64,000 nt of DNA from a virus (IMGVR_UViG_3300010413_000018:1-64000); one strand, 5' to 3'; shown: positions 1 through 7,383, numbered from the stretch's first letter. Numbers and translations are program-made. The notes: generated by a model not told the origin, from the sequence alone.

Positions 1-707
1 GTCAAATCTTCGTCGACCGGACTGCTCTCACACGGAATATCAATGATACCGCCCTTGCGCCGTACCCGAGCGATCGCCTTTTGAGCTTTAGCGACTTCGT
101 CGGCTGCTTCGGTCAGCGTGATGTCGTGCTGTACGCCAATGTACTTTTCGGGTTCACCGGCTAACGACCGTTCCATCGTTTGTGCTAACTTTGCTGCTTC
201 TACCGCCTGACGCGTAGTCGTCGCAATCTCCCGAAACAACCGCGTCGCCTCCCGTGGGTTCTTCGGTTCGTGAATAGCCAACTCTTCTTCGACCCGTCCG
301 GCTAGCTTTACCGCGCCCTTTAATATTTGTTGGACCGACGCCATCAACGCGATCGCGGTGTGCCGCGCGCCGCGTACCATTTTCACTTCTTCCATCCGTT
401 GTTGTATTGCGTCGTCCTCCGCCCGTACTCGCGTCATCTGATCTCGGCCGGCCTGTTGCTTTGCGAGGTTCTGTATTTCCGCTTCGCGGAGCGTAGCCAG
501 CCGTGCACGTGCGGCTTGCTGCTCCTCGAATATCACGTCTTTTAACGGCCGAAACCCACGGTCCGGCCACCCGCGCTCCCAAGCCTTCTTCGTCGTGACC
601 CGGTTGATCCCGGAGCGCGCGGCACACCTTGTGAAATTTCCAGGCGTGTCCCGGAAGCCTTCAAGCATCGCATTGTACTTTTTTTCATCGATCTGATATC
701 CGCCCAT
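1..707 (-). CDS. Partial HTH + coiled-coil protein, terminase small subunit-like (runs off window edge)
   Basis: Hand translation from ATG at 707: MGGYQIDEKKYNAMLEGFRDTPGNFTRCAARSGINRVTTKKAWERGW..., open to position 1. N-terminal HTH-like segment followed by long helical region. Not in ORF track because there is no stop inside the window. Confidence 0.55.
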   Translation of the reverse strand, partial: MGGYQIDEKKYNAMLEGFRDTPGNFTRCAARSGINRVTTKKAWERGWPDRGFRPLKDVIFEEQQAARARLATLREAEIQNLAKQQAGRDQMTRVRAEDDAIQQRMEEVKMVRGARHTAIALMASVQQILKGAVKLAGRVEEELAIHEPKNPREATRLFREIATTTRQAVEAAKLAQTMERSLAGEPEKYIGVQHDITLTEAADEVAKAQKAIARVRRKGGIIDIPCESSPVDEDL

Positions 708-826
708 GACCTTAAAGTTAGCGCTATCGGTGCCACCACGTCAAATTAAAAGCTTAAGTAATCACTCAGCGATCTAATTGTTCATTATTGCTACCTCACG
801 CACCGTTTACGGTTTGATTAGTGCGC

Positions 827-1350
827 AATGAACGTTATGAACGTTGGGTGAACGTAATGAAAGCGCAATGAACGTAATGAAAGCGCAATGAACGTAATGA
901 AAGCTCAATGAGCGCTACCAACGGCTGGTGAACGGTATGAACGTTGGGTGAGCGTTACCATTGGACAATGAACGTAATGAACGTTGGGTGAGCGCTATGA
1001 TAATGGGGAACGCTCATAACCATGGTTACTGTGGTAATTACTTAAGCAAGGGCGGTTTTTCGCGGTTTTTTCTTACCCGTCAGGAACATCACCAACAGTA
1101 CCATCATCACCAACAGTGTAGGCGCGCCGCGTCTATTGCCGGGAATGGTTATTGGGGTTTTGAATCACAGGATTACTGCTCACGCTGTAATGAGCACTCC
1201 CAACGGTGCCCCAACGTTACCATTGGACAATGAACGTTATGAACGGTGCCCCAACGTTACCATTGGACAATGAACAATACCAACGTTGGGTGAACGGCAT
1301 GAACGGGGCATGAACGTTACCAACGGCTGATGAACGTCAGGATAATGGTG
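827..1350. repeat. Non-coding degenerate tandem repeats of 9-11 nt units (AACGTAATG, AACGTTACC, AACGTTGGGTG, AAAGCGCAATG), ~20-nt period
   Basis: Directly visible, e.g. (aacgtaatga aagcgcaatg)x2 at 851-890. Confidence 0.85.
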
Positions 1351-1458
1351 AGCGTTGGTAACTATGGTTATTGGTTCATATGGTTCACTACTGCATGCAC
1401 TATATTGAATTACTTAGGTAAGGGCGGTTTTTCGCGGTTTTTTCTTACCCGTCAGGAA
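1048..1458 (+). repeat. 39-bp direct repeat at 1048-1086 and 1420-1458
   Basis: Two identical copies beginning AAGGGCGGTTTTTCGCGG and ending CTTACCCGTCAGGAA. Confidence 0.9.
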
Positions 1459-1546
1459 ATATTCCCTACGGTAGGTTAACCATACGGGGTGGGGCGCCGT
1501 GCTCACGTTTTATCATGCCGGGGAAAGGTTGGCGCGCTGGGGAATA

Positions 1547-1572
1547 ACAGATTTACTGCTAACTCTGTAAAT
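1547..1572 (+). repeat. 26-bp direct repeat, left boundary of the RAMP/array cassette
   Basis: ACAGATTTACTGCTAACTCTGTAAAT, identical to 3395-3420; variant at 3605-3630. Confidence 0.9.
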
Positions 1573-1578
1573 AATAAG

Positions 1579-2183
1579 CTAAGCTAAGCTGAGCTGAGCT
1601 ACGCTCTACTTCACTACACTAGACTATGCCTGCTCCGCTCTGCTCTGCTCTGCTCAGCTAGGCTAAGCTCAGCTAGGCTAAGCTCAGCTCATCTTCACTC
1701 CGCCTGCTCGGCTCTACTGCGCTATACTACGCTACACTTTGCTGAACTCCGCCTGCTCGGCTCTACTGCGCTCAGCTTCGCTCCACTTAGCTATACTATG
1801 CCTGCTTCACTTTGCTTTACTGGGCTTTGCCTGCACTCTGCTCCACTTTGCCTGCTCTACTTAGCTAAACTATGCTAGGCTACGCTCAACTTTGCTAGAC
1901 TTCGCCTGCTCTACTTAGCTGCACTCGGCTCCACTTAGCTTAACTTAGCCTGCTCTGCTGCACTATGCTTTGCTTCACTAAACTTAGCTCCACTTCGCCT
2001 GCTCTGCTTTACTTGGCTCCGCTCAGCTCCACTGTGCTTTGCTCCACTATGCTTTACTTCACTATGCCTGCTCTGCTTTACTATGCTACACTCGGCTTTG
2101 CTGCACTCTACTACGCTACGCCTGCTCTACTTCGCTCGGCTGCACTATGCTCCACTTTGCTATACTGAGCCTGCTCTGCTTTG
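1579..2183 (-). ncRNA. Putative guide-RNA array: 11 units of 8-14 (AGY-NN) pentamers separated by CAGG
   Basis: + strand parses as (CT-NN-R)n with CCTG separators at 1629,1703,1752,1801,1851,1905,1949,1998,2067,2121,2170; abuts the stop codon of the RAMP-like gene. Repeat structure is certain, RNA function is inferred. Confidence 0.7.
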
Positions 2184-2816
2184 TTAGTCGCCCAGTTTGA
2201 AATGCCCCATCCCAATACCGCAGGATGTCTTCGAATCCGCTCGTCCCGCGCCAATACCGACCTGCATGCCTACTCGGCTCAATAGGTTGGCAATATCCTG
2301 TTGAGAGAATTGATCGGCGTCAAAACGGACCGTTATGCTCGCTTCCCAACCTTCCGGTAGCAGTCCGCGCGCTAGCACATTGGGCGATCCATCGGCGTTA
2401 CGCGTCATTGACACGTTTTTTTGAAATTCGCCTTTAGTAATGCGGATCAACGGCGTGTGCTCCTCGTTGTCGTAGCCGTCAGCCTCGGTAAAAATAGACA
2501 GCTTGGCGAGGGTCATCTTGAAACCACAAAGTTTACAAGCGCTGACCATTGCGTTACGAAACATATTGGCCGGTAAACCAGCCCAACCATCTGTTGACCA
2601 ATGCACTGAACGCGGCCAGGTCGCGTCGAAGTCAGTGCCTTCCCTACTACGGCGTACATTACGCTTTGAACCCTCAGCGTACGCCGCAATAAATCCGTCG
2701 CGGTTCTGGAACTTATTGGATAAGTACGGGCTGGTGCCAATTAGGGTAAACTTGGCGTATTGAAAGTTGGGCGCAGTGATCTGCACCGTTGCAGTTTTTT
2801 TAGTTTTTGCTACCAT
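2184..2816 (-). CDS. Stand-alone Cas7/RAMP-superfamily-like RNA-binding protein
   Basis: N-terminal strand + GTSP, GLPANMFRNAM (cf. IPGSSLKGALR of Csm3/Cas7-group RAMPs), W-x-A-x-I-x-V-x-FD strand, C-terminal glycine-rich loop VGIGAGR...GIGMGHF. Confidence 0.75.
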   Translation of the reverse strand: MVAKTKKTATVQITAPNFQYAKFTLIGTSPYLSNKFQNRDGFIAAYAEGSKRNVRRSREGTDFDATWPRSVHWSTDGWAGLPANMFRNAMVSACKLCGFKMTLAKLSIFTEADGYDNEEHTPLIRITKGEFQKNVSMTRNADGSPNVLARGLLPEGWEASITVRFDADQFSQQDIANLLSRVGMQVGIGAGRADSKTSCGIGMGHFKLGD

Positions 2817-3336
2817 TGGTGGTTCCTTTGCTGGTGTTTACTAAACTCGGCGCTAAGTTCTTTATCGCCGACCAAACTTTATTGATGCTCGGATCGTTAA
2901 TGTATTGATATTTATCCGCGATCGCTTGCAGTTGTTGCTTGGCCTTTAAATAAATGCCGTGCTTTTCTTCTTCGGTTAGCATCGTCCAAGGTTTGTAATC
3001 TCCGCATTTGCTAAACGGCTTTTGAGCGTTACTCGGCACTCCGTGGAGCACGCCAACCGAAATGACTTTCTTTTTTGGAGTGATCACTGTCACTTTGACG
3101 GATTGAATCAAATAACTAGCGCGCTTAAGTCGATATTTATGCGCGGCTGCTTCATCATCCCATTCAAATTCGTCGTGTAGTGCGTGATTCGGGTCTTCCG
3201 CTTCCTGTAGCACTAACGCTGGGGTTAGCTTGCTGTGCTTTTTTCTGATCGCAGCAAAAGCACGTCCAACGTTGTTGGCGTCAGTGCGTAAAACGTATCC
3301 ATCGCGTTTTTCATAAACTATTTTGCTTGCAGCCAT
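2800..3336 (-). CDS. Phage hypothetical protein (LHxxFEWDDxxAAxxYRL motif), partner of the RAMP gene
   Basis: RBS AAGGAAGG before ATG at 3336; overlaps the RAMP start by 17 bp. Confidence 0.7.
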   Translation of the reverse strand: MAASKIVYEKRDGYVLRTDANNVGRAFAAIRKKHSKLTPALVLQEAEDPNHALHDEFEWDDEAAAHKYRLKRASYLIQSVKVTVITPKKKVISVGVLHGVPSNAQKPFSKCGDYKPWTMLTEEEKHGIYLKAKQQLQAIADKYQYINDPSINKVWSAIKNLAPSLVNTSKGTTNGSKN

Positions 3337-3390
3337 GGTATTTTCCTTCCTTTTAAGTGAATGCACTAATTAATTATTTTTGACACATTT

Positions 3391-3420
3391 ATTTACAGAT
3401 TTACTGCTAACTCTGTAAAT
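3391..3420. repeat. Palindromic copy of the 26-bp repeat, right boundary of the cassette
   Basis: ATTTACAGA-N12-TCTGTAAAT, 9-bp inverted arms. Confidence 0.85.
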
Positions 3421-3437
3421 GAGCGTATTACCCACGT

Positions 3438-3930
3438 CACCAACGTAATGAACGCGTTATGAACGCTACCAACGCGTTATGAACGTTACCAACGGTGGGT
3501 GAACGTTACCAACGCGTGATGAACGTAATGAACGTTGGGTGAACGCTACCAACGGTGGGTGAACGCTACCAACGGTGGGTGAACGTAATGATAGCTGGTG
3601 AACGACAGATTTACTGCTAACTTCGTAAATAAAAAGTATCAAAAATAGTAAAAGCGCGATGAATTAATGAACAATCGGATAAAAGCACCAGCATTTAAAA
3701 ATAAGTGACTCCGCTTTTAGCCGTTACCAACGTGACCATTGGACAATGAGCACTACCAACGGCGCCCCAACGTTACCAAAGCGCAATGAACGTTACCAAA
3801 GCGCAATGAACGTTACCATCGTGGTACCAACGGTATGATAATGCGGCGAATGGCTGTTACGCGGCTTTTTCTCTGCCGGGAAGATTACCAACACTCCCCC
3901 AACGTAATGAACGGCGCCCCAACGTTACCA
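3438..3930. repeat. Second block of AACG-based 9/11-nt degenerate repeats
   Basis: e.g. (gaacgctacc aacggtgggt)x2 at 3541-3580; same units as 827-1350. Confidence 0.85.
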
Positions 3931-3990
3931 TTTACAGGATTACTGCTCACGCTGTAGTGCTATCCTAACGGGTTGGTTACGGCGCGAGCG

Positions 3991-4242
3991 TTACCCTTCG
4001 CCTTCTTCTTCGTACATGTCATTGGCGTCAGCTAAACGTTGTTCGTCTGTTTTTACGCTTAGACCGAATTGTTTTCTTAATTTAGTCGGTATTGTAACCA
4101 GTTTAGCCGGATTGTTTGTGTGCACCAACCTGTATGCAATTCCAAGTTCCTCCGGTATCGGTTCGCCGTAGCAAAGGCGGCAGAACTTTTCTCTGCGACC
4201 GCTACAGCGCGGGCAAACTACTTTTTCAGTATTACTGCTCAC
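3991..4242 (-). CDS. Small Zn-finger paralog family member
   Basis: CPRC..CRLCYGEPIPEELGIAYRL. Confidence 0.8.
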   Translation of the reverse strand: MSSNTEKVVCPRCSGRREKFCRLCYGEPIPEELGIAYRLVHTNNPAKLVTIPTKLRKQFGLSVKTDEQRLADANDMYEEEGEG

Positions 4243-4474
4243 GCTGTAAGATCTTTCTTAATTTCAATACGTGCTGAATACGCACGTACCCATCGGTCAT
4301 CATTAGTATGTAAGCCGCAGCGATCTCTTCAATGACTTGGCCGGTATTATCACACAACGCGCAAATGTCAGCGTTATAGGTCGTGTCAGCGCCAACACAA
4401 TGGAACCCTCTATTTTGCTCGCGCACCGGAGTGCAACGCGGGCAGGGAGTCAGTTTGGCGTCGTCTTGGCTCAT
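4232..4474 (-). CDS. Small Zn-finger paralog
   Basis: CPRC..CALC..EEIAAAYIL. Confidence 0.8.
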   Translation of the reverse strand: MSQDDAKLTPCPRCTPVREQNRGFHCVGADTTYNADICALCDNTGQVIEEIAAAYILMMTDGYVRIQHVLKLRKILQREQ

Positions 4475-4695
4475 TTCGCATGCCCCCAACGTTCCTCGTA
4501 AACATTTGGTAAGTCAAAAGCGCGCCGCAGCTCATCACACTGTTCTGAACTCGGCACTTTGCATTCTTCGAAGCCTTCACGCAACAATAAATAAGCAGTG
4601 CGCAGATCAGCAGGGATCTCGCGATCGTAGCACAAACGACACGCGTACATATATCCACCACAGCGCGGGCATTGTACTGCTTTCCTGGTCTTCAT
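4471..4695 (-). CDS. Small Zn-finger paralog
   Basis: CPRC..CRLC..IPADLRTAYLL. Confidence 0.8.
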   Translation of the reverse strand: MKTRKAVQCPRCGGYMYACRLCYDREIPADLRTAYLLLREGFEECKVPSSEQCDELRRAFDLPNVYEERWGHAK

Positions 4696-4904
4696 GGCGC
4701 TATCCCTGCTTTGTCTAGCTTTTCAATAATGCGATCGTACTCTGCCCACATAAAAGGCCCGTCATCGTCAGGTAGCAGAAGCTCGTACGCGGCCAAACGC
4801 TCTTTTGATACCCACCCTTTACCTTTACACATACCACAACCGCACCAACCGGCTCGCTCGCACTGAGGACAGCGCACTTTTCCTTTTCTTGGGTTACTGC
4901 TCAT
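4692..4904 (-). CDS. Small Zn-finger paralog
   Basis: CPQC..CGMC..VSKERLAAYEL. Confidence 0.8.
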   Translation of the reverse strand: MSSNPRKGKVRCPQCERAGWCGCGMCKGKGWVSKERLAAYELLLPDDDGPFMWAEYDRIIEKLDKAGIAP

Positions 4905-5187
4905 TTTGTAACTCCGCGAGTAACTGTAAAACCGTGCTCTCTAATGGACGCCAAACATACTTACCTAAATCAGGTATGATCAAACGGACCGCAACCGCAT
5001 AATGAGTCGGCACTACACCGCAGCCAGTGCAAAACACACATACAATATCGTGGTCATCATGAAGTATCTGTTTCTTTGTGTTCACCCAGAGACGAGGTTC
5101 CTTGCTTGACGGTAGGCTTTTACCGCGCGTTAGTTTTCCGTACCCGTAACAAATGGGGCACATTTCTCTTTTAGTGTTAATGCTCAT
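4894..5187 (-). CDS. Small Zn-finger paralog
   Basis: CPIC..CVFC..VPTHYAVAVRL. Confidence 0.8.
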   Translation of the reverse strand: MSINTKREMCPICYGYGKLTRGKSLPSSKEPRLWVNTKKQILHDDHDIVCVFCTGCGVVPTHYAVAVRLIIPDLGKYVWRPLESTVLQLLAELQNEQ

Positions 5188-5384
5188 TCTGTATCCATTT
5201 GTCGGGTTAGTTTAGCAATTTCATAAAACTGCAGAAATCCGTCTTCATCTGCCAGTAGCGCGTACGCGGTAGCCAACGATCTCGGCACGCGCCAATTAGC
5301 TAAACACAATGGGCATAACACGCTCCGGCCGGTATGCGCGCACCTAGGACAATCTACCAAATCATTGTTATCCTGACCGTTCAT
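5184..5384 (-). CDS. Small Zn-finger paralog
   Basis: CPRC..CPLC..VPRSLATAYAL. Confidence 0.8.
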   Translation of the reverse strand: MNGQDNNDLVDCPRCAHTGRSVLCPLCLANWRVPRSLATAYALLADEDGFLQFYEIAKLTRQMDTE

Positions 5385-5391
5385 AGCGCGT

Positions 5392-5619
5392 TCACTCGTT
5401 TTCCATTGCTATTAAATTCTCTCGCAACGCTTTGGCTTCCGAGGTAAGGCTCATCACTATTTCTTTTCCAGTGTCTGAGTCAATTGTTAACGGAAATCTC
5501 ATATAATATGCGGCAGTCCACGATTCAGGTACGCCGCGCTGACCTTGACAAAATGAGCAAAGCGCACGGCAGCCACAACGTGGGCATGCAACCCAACGTT
5601 CATACCTGCTCATTCCCAA
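5392..5619 (-). CDS. Small Zn-finger paralog
   Basis: CPRC..CSFC..VPESWTAAYYM. Confidence 0.8.
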   Translation of the reverse strand: MGMSRYERWVACPRCGCRALCSFCQGQRGVPESWTAAYYMRFPLTIDSDTGKEIVMSLTSEAKALRENLIAMENE

Positions 5620-5849
5620 TCCTTATTTACTGGTAAGTCAAAGTTCCGCCGTAACTGCTCACATTTTGCTTCTGAAAGCCCAAAATACTTATTACCACTA
5701 GACATCAATATGTACGCTACTCTCAGCTCAATTGGAATCCTTTTTCCGTAGCACAATGGACACTTCGATAAAACACCATCGCACCAAGGACACACTTCTT
5801 CCTGCGGTATCATTGGGCTAAATAATTCTTCGTTTACTTCGTCTGCCAT
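5610..5849 (-). CDS. Small Zn-finger paralog
   Basis: CPWC..CPLC..IPIELRVAYIL. Confidence 0.8.
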   Translation of the reverse strand: MADEVNEELFSPMIPQEEVCPWCDGVLSKCPLCYGKRIPIELRVAYILMSSGNKYFGLSEAKCEQLRRNFDLPVNKDWE

Positions 5850-6079
5850 CGTTCAATATCCATTAATAATGCTGCGGTTTCTGGTGGCGATGGGTGCACT
5901 GGGTAGCCGCGTTCAGTGCTTAGTAAAAAACTGTACGCGGTAGCTAAGTCTTCAGGCACTTTGTGCTTACCGCGACATAGCGTGCAACTCCCAGCGTAAA
6001 TACGATCTCCGTCGTACGGCCAATTCAACGCGCAACAACGCGGGCAGTTTACCATTGGTTGCGTCTTCCTTTTCTTCAT
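5834..6079 (-). CDS. Small Zn-finger paralog
   Basis: CPRC..CTLC..VPEDLATAYSF. Confidence 0.8.
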   Translation of the reverse strand: MKKRKTQPMVNCPRCCALNWPYDGDRIYAGSCTLCRGKHKVPEDLATAYSFLLSTERGYPVHPSPPETAALLMDIERWQTK

Positions 6080-6318
6080 GGTGCTATCCCGACGTTCTTG
6101 AGCTTGGTCAGTATTTCTATCCACTGGTCAACGCTTAAAATCGGTCCTCCTCCGGCCCAAAACTGTACGCCTTCCGGTAGTAGCATCGTAAATGCCACGT
6201 GCCGTTCAGGCGTCAAATAGCCTGTGCCACGACATAAACCGCAGTACTTGTACTTAAATGTCCCTCCTCTACCAGTAAGGCAGGCCGGACACTGTATTAA
6301 TTCTCCTTTAGATTTCAT
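6076..6318 (-). CDS. Small Zn-finger paralog
   Basis: CPAC..CGLC..LTPERHVAFTM. Confidence 0.8.
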   Translation of the reverse strand: MKSKGELIQCPACLTGRGGTFKYKYCGLCRGTGYLTPERHVAFTMLLPEGVQFWAGGGPILSVDQWIEILTKLKNVGIAP

Positions 6319-6530
6319 TCGCCGATCACTTCCTTACGTAGCTTCTCCAACCGTTCTGCCATCGCCCAAACGTCGTACTCCTGTAAAGCTCGTTCAACAT
6401 CATCCTTAACCAACCAAAAAGCCGCGTTTAATGCTGGAGATACGTAACCGCGCCCTAAACACAGTTGACACGTGCCGATTGAAACGTACTGACAAAACTG
6501 CGCTGGGCACACTATCCGGCTCTTCCTCAC
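6315..6530 (-). CDS. Small Zn-finger paralog
   Basis: CPAQFC..CQLC..VSPALNAAFWL. Confidence 0.8.
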   Translation of the reverse strand: MRKSRIVCPAQFCQYVSIGTCQLCLGRGYVSPALNAAFWLVKDDVERALQEYDVWAMAERLEKLRKEVIGE

Positions 6531-6808
6531 GTCTTCCTACCCTTCCTCAGTGCTACCAAGTCTTCATAATGCGCGAAGTAATCGTCGTCTTCTTCTTTTT
6601 GTGTTAACAGCACGTACGCGATTTTATCTTCTGGAGTCACCTTTTTAGTACCACAACAAAGTGGACAAGTAACGAATTTAAAATCCCAGCGTGGATTGGC
6701 TTTCCTAATTACTGTTTCTTCAGGAACGATTCCATAATATTCGTACGGTGCACAATATACCATGCCTTCATTAGAACAAAGCGGACATTTAACTTTTTTA
6801 GTACCCAT
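6527..6808 (-). CDS. Small Zn-finger paralog
   Basis: CPLC..CPLC..VTPEDKIAYVL. Confidence 0.8.
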   Translation of the reverse strand: MGTKKVKCPLCSNEGMVYCAPYEYYGIVPEETVIRKANPRWDFKFVTCPLCCGTKKVTPEDKIAYVLLTQKEEDDDYFAHYEDLVALRKGRKT

Positions 6809-7085
6809 ACTTATCCCATAAGTGATCAACTTCAACATTGAACTCAAGCGCTTGATAGGTATGCAGACAGTCTGTTTCCAAGTCAGGATGCTTTAGATAC
6901 AGAGCCGCGCTCACCGGTTCAGGCAGTTTGCCCGTACCTTTACAAATTGGGCAAGGCTTTTGATTATAATGAACGCCAGGAACATCAGGTGGCACTACAA
7001 AGCCTGACTGAATCCAACATAAGCGATCCACCCATTTTACTCCTTCACATACGGGGCAAAGAATCCGTTTTACGCGCTTACTCAA
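6798..7085 (-). CDS. Small Zn-finger paralog (start uncertain)
   Basis: CPVC..CPIC..LPEPVSAALYL. Confidence 0.75.
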   Translation of the reverse strand: MSKRVKRILCPVCEGVKWVDRLCWIQSGFVVPPDVPGVHYNQKPCPICKGTGKLPEPVSAALYLKHPDLETDCLHTYQALEFNVEVDHLWDKYGY

Positions 7086-7383
7086 AATACCTCTTTCTTT
7101 GTTTTTTAGACAAACTAATCCCGTCTGGACTTTGCATCTTAAAGTAGCACCCATGATCAAAAAACTGATGAAACGGCATCTTTAGCCCATCGACTTGCGT
7201 TCTTATAGTCCATATTTCAGATACACTAACGCGCTCTACACTCAAACTGTCGCTAACAAGTAATAAGTACGCGGAAGCTAGTGCAGCCGATACTTTACGC
7301 TGCTGGCTACAAAGGAAGCACGTTCCTTTATGCTGCACATCTTTACAGCGCGGGCACGGTACCTTTTCATGATTTTTTATCAT
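7078..7383 (-). CDS. Small Zn-finger paralog
   Basis: CPRC..CFLC..VSAALASAYLL. Confidence 0.8.
   Translation of the reverse strand: MIKNHEKVPCPRCKDVQHKGTCFLCSQQRKVSAALASAYLLLVSDSLSVERVSVSEIWTIRTQVDGLKMPFHQFFDHGCYFKMQSPDGISLSKKQRKRYFE

Noticed and set aside
154-739. ORF-track entries 154..627, 327..545 and 542..739
   Set aside because: Shadow frames of the more protein-like minus-strand frame 707..<1
827-1350. AACG repeats as a CRISPR array
   Set aside because: Units are 9-11 nt, reshuffled, with no unique spacers
1965-2168. 67-aa + strand ORF inside the pentamer array (and 961..1233 in the AACG repeats)
   Set aside because: Low-complexity translation of repeats; 5-nt period and 4-nt separators do not fit codon structure
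1579-2183. Calling the array a canonical CRISPR or a plain microsatellite
   Set aside because: No 23-47 bp repeat with unique spacers, and variation is confined to two of five positions with regular separators
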